Positions 18,061 to 27,537 of a stretch of DNA of 64,000 nt are shown here, piece after piece. The translations under genes and the position numbers were made by a program. The notes beneath the pieces are model-generated. The model had not been told where the DNA came from. It did not search any database and worked only from the letters and a program-made list of their open reading frames with translations. The DNA is from a virus (Duplodnaviria; Caudoviricetes): positions 634 through 64,633 of IMG/VR virus record IMGVR_UViG_3300022666_000296, one strand, 5' to 3'. The stretch's first letter is position 1. Each line of letters begins with the position of its first letter.

Positions 18061-19886
18061 TACACTGCACCTCGCAATGGCCTTAATCGACCCTCCAGTG
18101 CTGCACCCAAGCGGGCGCTGATCTGCTCCACCAGGTCATCCACATCCCGATCATCGTGAATATGGACCTCGCCAATCTGCACGCTAAACCCGCCCATAGT
18201 GAACCCGCTGCCGGCAGCGCTTGCTCCCTGCAGCGCCTGCGTCGCCATGGACGTACCGGCAACCGCTACACCCGCGCTACTTTCACGCAGCCCGATCTCA
18301 TAGCCCTCTCCGGAGAACTGCCCCATCTCCTCGAAGACCTTGCTGGGAGAATCCATCAGCAGTAGATTCTTCGCTGCGTCAATACCACCCTGGATGACAT
18401 TCCCGACAGCATCAGCCACCGCGCTGGCAGCGCTCTTGATGCCGTCAATGAAGCCAGCAATCAAGTTGCTGCCTACCTCGACCAGTGAGAAATTCTGGAC
18501 AAAGTTCTTCACACCGTCGAGAACCCCACTGACGATTTCCTTAAGCTTCTCCCAGTTACCTCGCCATGTGGCGACAAACTCATCGGTGTTGGTGCCGATG
18601 GCATTGAGGATACCTTCCAGGAACTCACTCAGGACGGTCTTGATACCTTCCCAAATCCCACCGACCGAGTCCTTGAACGTAGTCCAGGCTGCATCCCAAT
18701 CGCCATTGATTAACTCCATACCCAGTTTGATAATGCCCAACACGGCGTTGATGGCTATCTCTACCACCGTCTTGATGATCGTCCAGGCATTATCGAGTGT
18801 TGGGGCGACGTGGTTACTGAAGAAATCGGCGAGGGTCTGACCAGTTTGCTGGATTAACGGTAGATTTTCCTGGAACCACGTAACGACCGTTCCCACGAGA
18901 CTTTGAATCCAGGGCCACACCTCCTCGAAAACGCCGCGCAACGTGGCCAGAGCTGCCGGTCCTTCGTTAACAAAGACCCGGTTGAAAATCTCCTGTAAGG
19001 TGGCTATGGCTCCCGGCAGATTCTCCCCCAGCCAGGCTCCGACCGTTTGCCCAAACTCCGCAATCTGGGGCCCATACTCCCGAGCCAGCGCCCCCAACGG
19101 CTCCAGGATCGCCTGCAGTGCTGGCAGCAGACCCACCGCCAGGTCCATCTTGAGATTTTCGAACGTGGTCTTCAACTGCGCCATTGTTGCTGCAGTGCCG
19201 CCCGTGTTGTCGCCCAAACGCTCGACGAATTCCCCACCAGCATCAACCACAGCGTTCAGCAACGCTTCCTGCTGCTGGGCTTTGGTCATTTCATCTACGG
19301 TAATGCCTAGACTCTTGGCATACTCCGCATTGGCCTCAGCCAAATTGATCGTCAAGCCCAAGTTGTCCAAAATCATCGGGCTCCCACGACCGATGCCTTT
19401 GACTAGTGAATCCAGCAGGAATCCGACGTCTTGCCCTGTCGCAGCGGCGCTTGCCTGCGCGATTTGCAGCAGCGCCGGGAACTTATCCGCCATGCTCTCG
19501 CCCACCAGGAGCATGGCGCTGTTGTACGACTCCATGAGCGAGGCGTCCGTCACCATCCCGTTCGACGCCGCGCGCATAGATTCCAGCACCTCATCGGCGC
19601 TTTGCCCGGCGGAGGCCGCTAGGTTCTCGAACGAGGTACGCAGCTGCTCGATGCGGGGTGCTTCAGTCAGCATCGTGGTGCCGATATCGCGCGCCACGTT
19701 TACCACCGCATCGAAACCCTTCATCAGCACATTGCCGGTCAGGAAGCCCAGTGCATTCTCGGCAATCCCGCCGATGCGCCCCCATAGGGTTTTGGATTCG
19801 CCTTCAGCCTCCTGCATCCCTTTGCGCAGGCCCAGCAAATCCATCGCCGTTCCGAGTACTGCTTCCCCTAGTGGAAAATTGCCCAT
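18060..19886 (-). CDS. Tail tape measure protein (608 aa)
   Basis: Helical Ala/Gly-rich; GIGRGSPMILDNLG core; Trp/Phe-periodic repeats; follows the chaperone genes. Confidence 0.9.
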   Translation of the reverse strand: MGNFPLGEAVLGTAMDLLGLRKGMQEAEGESKTLWGRIGGIAENALGFLTGNVLMKGFDAVVNVARDIGTTMLTEAPRIEQLRTSFENLAASAGQSADEVLESMRAASNGMVTDASLMESYNSAMLLVGESMADKFPALLQIAQASAAATGQDVGFLLDSLVKGIGRGSPMILDNLGLTINLAEANAEYAKSLGITVDEMTKAQQQEALLNAVVDAGGEFVERLGDNTGGTAATMAQLKTTFENLKMDLAVGLLPALQAILEPLGALAREYGPQIAEFGQTVGAWLGENLPGAIATLQEIFNRVFVNEGPAALATLRGVFEEVWPWIQSLVGTVVTWFQENLPLIQQTGQTLADFFSNHVAPTLDNAWTIIKTVVEIAINAVLGIIKLGMELINGDWDAAWTTFKDSVGGIWEGIKTVLSEFLEGILNAIGTNTDEFVATWRGNWEKLKEIVSGVLDGVKNFVQNFSLVEVGSNLIAGFIDGIKSAASAVADAVGNVIQGGIDAAKNLLLMDSPSKVFEEMGQFSGEGYEIGLRESSAGVAVAGTSMATQALQGASAAGSGFTMGGFSVQIGEVHIHDDRDVDDLVEQISARLGAALEGRLRPLRGAV

Positions 19887-19898
19887 GCTGCCTCAACA

Positions 19899-19942
19899 AA
19901 AAACGCCCGAATCGGGCGCACTAAGCGCTCAATCGGGCGTTC
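19899..19942 (-). terminator. Terminator-like hairpin upstream of the tape measure gene
   Basis: AACGCCCGA/TCGGGCGTT arms with TTTTTT on the minus strand. Confidence 0.45.
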
Positions 19943-19976
19943 TATGACGCACACCAACAACCGCTAACCGTGTTTG

Positions 19977-20168
19977 TTACTTGGCCTTCTGCTCCAACTC
20001 TGGCGGCCAGACAGGCTGCTCTTCCTCGGGCTCCTCTTCCTGCAACGCCGTCACGGGTATCACATTCACATGTCGTTCACCGTGATGGCGGCTCTCTACA
20101 ATCAACACGCCATTCTCAATCCGTGCCCAGGGAAGCCCGCAGACTGTACAACGCAGGATTCTTCTCAT
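19977..20168 (-). CDS. Small Cys/His (Com-like) zinc-ribbon protein
   Basis: CTVC...SRHHGERH; ATGA overlap with the chaperone T gene; GGAGG RBS. Confidence 0.55.
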   Translation of the reverse strand: MRRILRCTVCGLPWARIENGVLIVESRHHGERHVNVIPVTALQEEEPEEEQPVWPPELEQKAK

Positions 20169-20512
20169 GGCTTTCTTCCTCCCTCGATGCGTGCGCCCAG
20201 CTGCGCAAACCATTGACGAGCCTGCTCCGGGTCCTCAGTCGTCACCTCAACCTTCTTGATCGTCTCGTCACGTCTGGCCCTCTGGATGGCTTTATCCCAG
20301 GCGCGCGTGATACGCCGGCGCTCGTAGGGCTGCAACCAGGGCAATGACCCGGCTAAGGCCGCGGCCTGCACCTCTTCAGCCTGCAGCGCGTCAATCCAGT
20401 GCAACAGGCTTTCCAGGATCCAAAGCGGGAGCGTCAATACCCGCTCTGGATCCAGGTGATAGAAGCGGGTCAGGCGCGCTATGAGCTCGCCGGACCCGCC
20501 TTCCGTTCCCCC
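20165..20512 (-). CDS. Tail assembly chaperone T segment (read as GT via -1 frameshift)
   Basis: The -1 frame from slippery GGGGGAA (20512-20506) is open through ARLTRFYHLDPERVLTLPLW to the stop at 20165. Confidence 0.75.
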   Translation of the reverse strand, partial: GGTEGGSGELIARLTRFYHLDPERVLTLPLWILESLLHWIDALQAEEVQAAALAGSLPWLQPYERRRITRAWDKAIQRARRDETIKKVEVTTEDPEQARQWFAQLGARIEGGRKP

Positions 20513-20856
20513 AACGCCGCATTCCGTCGCTCCTGCTGTGCCTTGGACCAGAAATCCAACAGCGCTTGCTTCTGACCCAGGGTCATCGCTGCGACACGCT
20601 CCTCTGGCAACGCAGACGCGATGAAACTAACCAACTCATTCACCGCCTTCTCGATACGTTGCGCAAGGTTCGCATCATCGGGCTTCTGTTCCAGTTGCTT
20701 CACCAACGTCGGGAGCAACCGCTGCAACTTCTGGGCTCGTGCCATATCCACGATCCCCATATCCGCCTGATTACGGAGTTCGTAGACCGTTCCATCCACA
20801 TCCGTAATCGTGTCATGTTCCTGGATCAAACTTCCGAGATCAAAAGACTTGGGCAT
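20479..20856 (-). CDS. Tail assembly chaperone G
   Basis: Between tail tube and tape measure genes; AGGAGG RBS before ATG 20856. Confidence 0.8.
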   Translation of the reverse strand: MPKSFDLGSLIQEHDTITDVDGTVYELRNQADMGIVDMARAQKLQRLLPTLVKQLEQKPDDANLAQRIEKAVNELVSFIASALPEERVAAMTLGQKQALLDFWSKAQQERRNAALGERKAGPASS

Positions 20857-20880
20857 ACCACACCTCCTCAGGTTGGATAC

Positions 20881-20909
20881 ACTTCTGCTAATAAACACTT
20901 AACGGTACT
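20881..20909. repeat. dif-like site S4 ACTTCTGCTAA-TAAACAC-TTAACGGTACT
   Basis: Intergenic, between tail tube and chaperone genes. Confidence 0.85.
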
Positions 20910-20951
20910 AAACCAAAGCGCCAGCATTGCCGCTGGTCACTGCTCCACCAA

Positions 20952-21536
20952 CTACGTCGCTGCGGCCGCTTGCACCACCAGCCATCCCAACTGCTCAGCC
21001 TCTTCCTGTGTGGCATCCACCAGCGCATGGAACTCACACTCCAGCATCGCACGCCCGTCCTTGGCAAACGTTGGTTGCGGTTCGGCGTCGAAGATGCCGC
21101 GCGGGATCACATACATTCCCGGCCACGCCCCATACGGCGAGAGCGCCTCCCCGCGGAACAGCAGTGCATACTCCGTAGGCACGAATCCACGCTGCAGCGG
21201 CATCGTCTTCGTGTCAGGATTCGGGACGGTATCGGTCTCCACATTGGCCACGTCATGCAGTACCCGCGCATACTTCTCTAGCGTGAGCGAGACCAACGAG
21301 AAGACGGTGATCACCTCTTCTTCCGGGCGCACGGCCTTGCGCGGTCCCTGGTGCTCGTTGTCGCGGAAATAGGTCAGCGCACCTGCATGCTGCAAACTCT
21401 GCTCGCCATCCGTCTCCCCCATGTAGACCCACGGCGAAGCAGGCGTCTCCGTCACACCTGGAACCGTACTGCCCACTGGGGCAATGTACACGTCCAGCGT
21501 GCCGGTCAATTGATCGAATGGTGTCGAATGTGCCAT
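20952..21536 (-). CDS. Major tail (tube) protein
   Basis: GTLDVYIAP...WVYMGETDG...LECEF pattern typical of siphovirus tube proteins; canonical position. Confidence 0.8.
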   Translation of the reverse strand: MAHSTPFDQLTGTLDVYIAPVGSTVPGVTETPASPWVYMGETDGEQSLQHAGALTYFRDNEHQGPRKAVRPEEEVITVFSLVSLTLEKYARVLHDVANVETDTVPNPDTKTMPLQRGFVPTEYALLFRGEALSPYGAWPGMYVIPRGIFDAEPQPTFAKDGRAMLECEFHALVDATQEEAEQLGWLVVQAAAAT

Positions 21537-21548
21537 CTGAAAACCTCC

Positions 21549-24245
21549 TTACTCAAAAATAGGCGCACAACAATCTATCACGGCTACGTACAACTGGAGC
21601 AAATTGACAATCACATATCGATCGTCAACGACCAACACATGACAGAAACCGTAACTGCTTCTATCCGGAAAATCATTCAACTGCAATTCCTCGATGATGC
21701 TGTACGTTCCGCGCTTGATCAACAACAAGCGCTGAGAGCCGGCATCTGCCGTCAGCACCAGGAGGTAGTCGCCGACCACCCACACATCATAGATGGTATC
21801 AAGGACTGTTCCGGGCAGAAGATAGCTATACAGCAGCACTGGATCGGTGCGGTCACTCACATTGAAGAGCTGCACCCGAGCCTCACCATCAACCTCACCC
21901 AGGGCTAATACATCCTCACTCAAGTGGCCCCCGCATTGGTAGTTAGTGCCGCCGAAAATCTGGTCTGAGAAATAAGCCAACACAGGGCTTGCCGGTAAAC
22001 TCATATCGAAGACGGCGAAACTCCACGAATCGTCCACGACGTACAAATAGCGCTCACCGTCATAGACCAGGTACTCGCAGTCGTGCAGGGCGTCGTAGTA
22101 GAGGTAGGTGGGATTTTCTGGATCACTGATGTCGAAAACCGCCATTCCAAAACCGCTGCCGCCACCATAGACATGCTGCCCGTCCGCGCTGAGAATAATC
22201 TGCTGCAGGAATGGCGCCCCATTCCAGGGTTCGGCTATGTACTCACACGCGCCCAGTTGTATCAACGTGCTCTTGTCCAGGATGAACAAGCCGCGCTCTG
22301 TACCAACGTAGACATAATCGTCATCTACAGCACATGCAAACGGCTCATTGCTCATCCCTACATAGCTACTCTCGATAGAAACCCAACTCGCACCCGTCAA
22401 ACTGCCGGTGAAAACGCCCTCACTGTTGCGATACGGAATCTTGAATACTTTCGCCGTGCCGGTCGAAACGTCATAATATGTCTGAAAGATGTGCGTGTCA
22501 TCCGCAGCAATACCATACAGCAACCGCTGTGTGCCTTCCGGCAAGGTATCCTCTGCCAAAGTATCATACGTCGCTATGACCTCCAGCGCGGGTGTTCCGT
22601 CAGGATCAAATAGGCACGAACTGTAATCACTATCCCCTGCGTGCACAACCAGTAACCCGTCATCAACCGTCCCGTACTCGCATTCCAATGCCACCCGCTT
22701 ATCTCGCGCCCATACCAACTGCGGCTCTCCCGCTAACACGCCATGCTCGAACCAATAATAACCTGGCAACATTCCGTAGGGTGAGAGTGCTTCGCCGCGT
22801 AACAGCAACGCACAGCCCGCCGGCGCAAAGCCACGCTCCAAAGGTAACCGCTTCGTCGGCGCGATTTCTGCCCCCGGCGCCACATTTGCCACCTCGTGCA
22901 GCACCCGTGCGTAGGTTTCCAGCGTCAGGCCCACCAAAGAGAAATTGACCGTCAACTGCTCTTCCGGGCGCACGGCCTTACGCGGTCCCTGGTGCTCGTT
23001 GTCCCACCAGTATTGCAGCGCTCCGCCGTGTGTGATGATTTGCTCACCATCCGTAGCGCCCAAATAAACCCATGGCGCGACTGGCGTCTCGGTGACCGCA
23101 GGCAAAGCAGTGCCAACCGGCGCCACGTAGATATCCAGCGTGCCCACAAGTAAATCAAAACCTTGACCACTCACGCTGGGCGTCGGTGGCTCTGGAGACT
23201 CAAACACCTCATAGTAGGCGAAGAGTCCATAGTAACCATTGTCAGGCGAGTACAACATGAACCATCCGCGCGCGGAAGCAGTGAAAGCGAAGTCGTAGAC
23301 CTCATAGGCGCCGGTATCTATGGCGTCTCCACCGCTCCACTCTCCGCCGTCGCGCTCGCTGTAACGCACGAACGACATGCTCGTGACGGGGTTGGGACCA
23401 TAGTCAGCACCGATCACGTGCAGTTGCCCGGCTCCAGAACAGGCCGCGCGAATGTAACTTTGGAAATTGTTGTATGCCATGGTAGTGGTGACGGCAGCCC
23501 ACGCGCCAGACTCATCATGCAGATGGTGTAAGCGATCCTCAGAATAATCCACATAGAGCACGTGCAGCTTGCCTGCGGCGTCGATAAGCAGCTCCACCCC
23601 GGCAGTATCGCCGGCGCAGTTTTCAACTAACGCTGTGCCAGCCCAGACCCCACCAACACGTGCATATAGCACCAGGTCATTTGCATCTGTCGTTAAGACA
23701 TAGGGTGTGTCGGTAGCATCCATACGCAACCTGAACATGGGCAATTGCGCGGTAAAACTCACACTATCTGCCAGAATCGTCTCCGTAGTCCACGCGCCAG
23801 TGCTGCCATACGTATATTTAATTGTCCTGGTATAGGGCACTCCCGTGCGCGTTGCCCACACAATGTGCAACAGGCCTGTGCTATCGAGCGCCAGATATGG
23901 AAATTCGACCATGATAGCCGTACCACTGACCAGTGTTTCCTCAACCCAACTGCCGCTGCTATTCGTGACATACAGCAGGTAATACGTGTAGTTGGGGTAG
24001 ATGCCCGTGCGGTAAATTGTCACGATGTGCACCAATCCCGCATGTATGCCAATCGCAGACCCGAAAAGCGATCCGGTCGTCTTGTGCAGCGCCACTTCAT
24101 GCTGCCAACTTGCGCCATCCCAACTCACGTAAACTAAGTCGCGCGTTTCACACACCACAAAGTGTGGATAGCCATCAGCATCCACACAGCCGTTACCGCG
24201 ATCATAGTATTCGCCATCGGCGATTAGCACTTCAGTCGTGATCAT
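21549..24245 (-). CDS. Tail-tube paralogue fused to N-terminal beta-propeller and C-terminal LVIVD-like propeller
   Basis: Central ~165 aa align with the adjacent tube protein (shared DNEHQGPRKAVRPEE, RGEALSPYG); LAVFDISDPENP-type repeats at the C-terminus. Confidence 0.75.
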   Translation of the reverse strand: MITTEVLIADGEYYDRGNGCVDADGYPHFVVCETRDLVYVSWDGASWQHEVALHKTTGSLFGSAIGIHAGLVHIVTIYRTGIYPNYTYYLLYVTNSSGSWVEETLVSGTAIMVEFPYLALDSTGLLHIVWATRTGVPYTRTIKYTYGSTGAWTTETILADSVSFTAQLPMFRLRMDATDTPYVLTTDANDLVLYARVGGVWAGTALVENCAGDTAGVELLIDAAGKLHVLYVDYSEDRLHHLHDESGAWAAVTTTMAYNNFQSYIRAACSGAGQLHVIGADYGPNPVTSMSFVRYSERDGGEWSGGDAIDTGAYEVYDFAFTASARGWFMLYSPDNGYYGLFAYYEVFESPEPPTPSVSGQGFDLLVGTLDIYVAPVGTALPAVTETPVAPWVYLGATDGEQIITHGGALQYWWDNEHQGPRKAVRPEEQLTVNFSLVGLTLETYARVLHEVANVAPGAEIAPTKRLPLERGFAPAGCALLLRGEALSPYGMLPGYYWFEHGVLAGEPQLVWARDKRVALECEYGTVDDGLLVVHAGDSDYSSCLFDPDGTPALEVIATYDTLAEDTLPEGTQRLLYGIAADDTHIFQTYYDVSTGTAKVFKIPYRNSEGVFTGSLTGASWVSIESSYVGMSNEPFACAVDDDYVYVGTERGLFILDKSTLIQLGACEYIAEPWNGAPFLQQIILSADGQHVYGGGSGFGMAVFDISDPENPTYLYYDALHDCEYLVYDGERYLYVVDDSWSFAVFDMSLPASPVLAYFSDQIFGGTNYQCGGHLSEDVLALGEVDGEARVQLFNVSDRTDPVLLYSYLLPGTVLDTIYDVWVVGDYLLVLTADAGSQRLLLIKRGTYSIIEELQLNDFPDRSSYGFCHVLVVDDRYVIVNLLQLYVAVIDCCAPIFE

Positions 24246-24676
24246 GCGCTGTCACCTGCGACCGCCGTCTCTGCTACTGCCAGCTCACCATATACCAACA
24301 CCATCACCACCTCTGGCACATCCGGTTCCTGCAAAAAACTCGGTCCGGAGGTCAGATTGACCCAGTACACCAACCCGTTGCCAGCTGACGTCTCCACCAC
24401 CTTCCGCTGCGCCTGTCGGCAAACACCTACCAACGCCCGGTACACAGCACCGGCTTCGGCAAACGTATTGCCATAGCAACGAAACTCTATCCGCGGGCGC
24501 TGCCATTCCAGGTACAATTCCGCATCACCGCCGTCATACTGCACCTGCAGTGCCTGACAAGGAATCGCCCAGCCGTCACCAAACTTGTGTCGTGGCGCTA
24601 CTCGCCCGGCAATGACCTTGTTCAGATCTGCATCGCGATAGAGCAGTTCGATCAACGCTTCGAGGGCATCAATCAT
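24242..24676 (-). CDS. Tail terminator/completion protein (DUF3168-like)
   Basis: RPRIEFRCYGNTFAEAGAVYRAL; position just before the tube genes. Confidence 0.7.
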   Translation of the reverse strand: MIDALEALIELLYRDADLNKVIAGRVAPRHKFGDGWAIPCQALQVQYDGGDAELYLEWQRPRIEFRCYGNTFAEAGAVYRALVGVCRQAQRKVVETSAGNGLVYWVNLTSGPSFLQEPDVPEVVMVLVYGELAVAETAVAGDSA

Positions 24677-25092
24677 CCTCGTCTCCGATCAATATGCGCC
24701 TGGACGACCTTCAGTACCTGTGGCCGCACTTTGTTCAACGCTATCGTGAGATACTTGTACAGGAAATGTATGTGCATGGCATATTCCATCCCCGTACCCA
24801 CAGCGATCTTCAAACGCTGTCCGTCGAGCTTCGGCACCACCTCGCCGGCATTGTTGCCGCGCTCCGGGCTGTTGGATGCCGGTTCTACATTCTCGCGTGC
24901 GAAATTGTAATCCGGGCTGGCGGCATGGATGCTACGTTGCAGCGTGCCCGTCAGCTTCCCGTGACCAGGCCACAACTGCTTCTTGGCCTCGCCCTCAATC
25001 CGCAGGCCGATCTCCACCAACGCCTCGCCCAGAATCTTCTCAATCTCTCTCTGGGTAGGTTTGCCGCGCCAGTCCAAACGTGATTTACTCAC
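24673..25092 (-). CDS. HK97 gp10-like neck protein
   Basis: IEGEAKKQ...TGTLQRSI...VGTGMEYA motif. Confidence 0.75.
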   Translation of the reverse strand: MSKSRLDWRGKPTQREIEKILGEALVEIGLRIEGEAKKQLWPGHGKLTGTLQRSIHAASPDYNFARENVEPASNSPERGNNAGEVVPKLDGQRLKIAVGTGMEYAMHIHFLYKYLTIALNKVRPQVLKVVQAHIDRRRG

Positions 25093-25442
25093 GAAACCCG
25101 CTCCAGAGTCAGCGAGATATGCCGCGCCGCCCGTCCTCTGCGCGTCAGACAGCTACGCACAGCAAACGGACCCACCTCTGATGTGCCATCCTCATACACT
25201 ACATCACAGATGCGGTCGCCCTCGCCTACTTCCACATCCGCGCGCACCAGCAACAAATACCCCGATACTACTACCCACTGTTGGGTCACCGTATCGAATT
25301 GCCGCTGATTCTTCGCCACCAACCGGCATGGAACATCAGTGAGATAGTCCTCATACACGCGCACGTCACTGCGATACTCGTCCTGCCGTAACGTAGCCCG
25401 CTGGATGGTGCACCTGTGGATCAAATGCCCGTCGAAACTCAC
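25089..25442 (-). CDS. Head-closure (stopper) protein
   Basis: HRCTIQR...VPCRL...DVEVGEGDRI; position. Confidence 0.65.
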   Translation of the reverse strand: MSFDGHLIHRCTIQRATLRQDEYRSDVRVYEDYLTDVPCRLVAKNQRQFDTVTQQWVVVSGYLLLVRADVEVGEGDRICDVVYEDGTSEVGPFAVRSCLTRRGRAARHISLTLERVS

Positions 25443-25771
25443 AGTTTGAACACTCCCACATACACATTGACAGCACTATCCGAATAGGTGATCTGTACCC
25501 GCCCGTTGGCGTCATTGTAGAGGCCTGTGGGGAATGGTCCGATGAGCCGCGTTTCTCCGGCTGCTACGGCGACCGTTCGGTCAGGAGGATCTTGACCATC
25601 AACGTCCTGCTGCACGTTGATACTCACCGTGCGGCTCGCCGTGCCATGGCTGTTGTACACCGCCAGCAACGTGCGCCCATCGTTGGCAAACTGATCTCCA
25701 GCTGCCGCAGCTGCCACAACAGCATACAGCACTCCATCTCGCGTGATCGTATTTACCGTTAATGTCGCCAT
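25439..25771 (-). CDS. Small virion beta-protein, paralogue 3
   Basis: NDGRTLL...IGPFPTGLYND shared with its two neighbours. Confidence 0.7.
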   Translation of the reverse strand: MATLTVNTITRDGVLYAVVAAAAAGDQFANDGRTLLAVYNSHGTASRTVSINVQQDVDGQDPPDRTVAVAAGETRLIGPFPTGLYNDANGRVQITYSDSAVNVYVGVFKL

Positions 25772-25772
25772 A

Positions 25773-26108
25773 TCACACCTGGATGACCGTTACGTCCACA
25801 TCCTGATTGAAGGTGACCTTGACCTCGCCTTCCTCATTGTTATAGGTCGCTGGCGGGAAAGGCCCGAAGACCGCTGCTTTGCCAGTCACCAACGTGGCGG
25901 TTTTGTCCGTGATTGCCAGACCATCAACGGTGCCAGGAGTCTCGAAAGTAATCGTCACCGTGCTTCCGGTAGCATTGTTGACGTGTAACAACGCTCGTCC
26001 GTTATTGCGGAAGTAGTAGGTGTTGGCATTGGCAATCGTCGTCTTCAGATCCGTCGCCACCCGCCCTGAGCGCAAGGCTCGGTATACCGTCAAATCCACA
26101 TCTGACAT
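25773..26108 (-). CDS. Small virion beta-protein, paralogue 2
   Basis: FRNNGRALLHV...FGPFPPATYNN. Confidence 0.7.
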   Translation of the reverse strand: MSDVDLTVYRALRSGRVATDLKTTIANANTYYFRNNGRALLHVNNATGSTVTITFETPGTVDGLAITDKTATLVTGKAAVFGPFPPATYNNEEGEVKVTFNQDVDVTVIQV

Positions 26109-26118
26109 CGTGCCCCTC

Positions 26119-26445
26119 CTATACCTGAATCACCGTCACATCCACAATCTGGTCGAACGTCACCTGCACCTCGCCATCGCCGTTGTTGTAAATGGACGGT
26201 GGGAATGGACCGAAGAAACCGGCCTTCGCCGTCGCCAGCGTCGCCGTCGTCGCATACCCGGATACAGGATTGGGCTGCGCCAACGTCGCGGTAACCGTAC
26301 TGCCAGAGGCATTGGCTACATGCAACAGCATTCGCCCGTTGTTGCGAAAATGATAGGTGTTCGCCGTACTCACCGTTGTTTTCAAATCCGTCAGGATGCG
26401 TCCGGAGCGCAATCCCGGATAAGCCGTCACATCTACATCGGACAT
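26119..26445 (-). CDS. Small virion beta-protein, paralogue 1
   Basis: FRNNGRMLLHV...FGPFPPSIYNN. Confidence 0.7.
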   Translation of the reverse strand: MSDVDVTAYPGLRSGRILTDLKTTVSTANTYHFRNNGRMLLHVANASGSTVTATLAQPNPVSGYATTATLATAKAGFFGPFPPSIYNNGDGEVQVTFDQIVDVTVIQV

Positions 26446-26454
26446 CGTTCCCTC

Positions 26455-26964
26455 CTAAATCACCTGGAACATCAACTGACGCAGCAACTGTGCCCGCGCC
26501 AATTCCCAATCTGGCGCCGTGAAACTGTACTCCCCGGCGATAGATTCACTGTGCATCGCGGTACGCTCCAGCGATAGGCGTACCAACTCCACCAACACGG
26601 CCTTGCGATGCTCGCGATCATCAATCGGCACCCACAGGACCGTAACCATTGCGCCCCACACACTGCCTGCCGGCAGACGCTCCAGACGCCCTTCATCATT
26701 CCAGACGCGGAAATCCTCATTTGCCTGACTCAGCACCGTAGTGTTCTCAGTCACCCGGTATACGCTTGTCAGACGCCGTGGCAGGTATAGGTTCATGCCG
26801 CCGCCAGGCAGCACCGTCGTGATCCGCGTGTTAGCGTCAGCATAATGCGCTCCACAGCTTTGCACCATGATCGCCTCTTCGCGGTCAATGATCGCCTGCA
26901 GCCGCACATCGTTCAACCCCGTGGGCACCAGGTCGCGCAACTCTGCTACCGTGATCAGACTCAT
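26455..26964 (-). CDS. Head-tail connector (gp6/gp15-like adaptor)
   Basis: MSLITVAELR...SESIAGEYSF; position after the capsid module. Confidence 0.7.
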   Translation of the reverse strand: MSLITVAELRDLVPTGLNDVRLQAIIDREEAIMVQSCGAHYADANTRITTVLPGGGMNLYLPRRLTSVYRVTENTTVLSQANEDFRVWNDEGRLERLPAGSVWGAMVTVLWVPIDDREHRKAVLVELVRLSLERTAMHSESIAGEYSFTAPDWELARAQLLRQLMFQVI

Positions 26965-26993
26965 CGAGACCTCCGCAATCCAGAAGTTTGCAC

Positions 26994-27022
26994 AGTACCG
27001 CTAAGGTTTTCTTAGCAGCACC
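26994..27022. repeat. dif-like site S5 AGTACCGCTAA-GGTTTTC-TTAGCAGCACC
   Basis: Intergenic, at the head/neck boundary. Confidence 0.85.
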
Positions 27023-27030
27023 ATGGCGCT

Positions 27031-27068
27031 GGCGGAAGGGTGAATCAGCGCCCACCCTTCCGCCTTTT
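27031..27068. terminator. 12-bp stem hairpin after the capsid/decoration genes
   Basis: GGCGGAAGGGTG/CACCCTTCCGCC; T-run only on the plus strand. Confidence 0.5.
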
Positions 27069-27080
27069 GCCTTTTCTCGC

Positions 27081-27512
27081 TTAAGCCGTCCCCTCGTCTG
27101 GCGCCTGGTGGAACTCACCCACATTCACTTGTGGGCTGGTCCGAGCGCCATAGCGGATGCTGATGATCATCGCGGGGCGAGCCGTTCCAACGTTCGCCAC
27201 CGTCAGCAACGGACGCACATAGCGTTCCTGCGGCTGGTAGATGTCCAGCACCGCGATTCCGTCCGCGGCCACCGCTGAAGAGAACGCCTTGGCAGTACCG
27301 GCAAGATCTGCAGCCGTGCCGAAAGCGCTATCGGTATCCTGCTGCGCCTTCAGGCTATGCGCTGCGACCTCACCCTTGCCTACGACGGCGATGAAAGCCA
27401 CGCCCTCGAAGCCGCTCATATCAACGCCCGCGCCGGTCACCACCTCATTGTCCGCGTCAACTTTGGTCACTTCAACAGCCACTGCCGTATCGTGATAGAT
27501 GCTCTTAATCAT
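27081..27512 (-). CDS. Probable capsid decoration protein
   Basis: Beta-rich 143 aa directly after the major capsid gene (GVDMSGFEGVAFI...RYVR). Confidence 0.6.
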   Translation of the reverse strand: MIKSIYHDTAVAVEVTKVDADNEVVTGAGVDMSGFEGVAFIAVVGKGEVAAHSLKAQQDTDSAFGTAADLAGTAKAFSSAVAADGIAVLDIYQPQERYVRPLLTVANVGTARPAMIISIRYGARTSPQVNVGEFHQAPDEGTA

Positions 27513-27537
27513 GGCTTACCTCCTCCGTCTTTCCTTC

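Noticed and set aside
9937-27000. Contractile tail or tailocin-like system
   Set aside because: No sheath or baseplate-wedge genes are present; the gene order is siphoviral.
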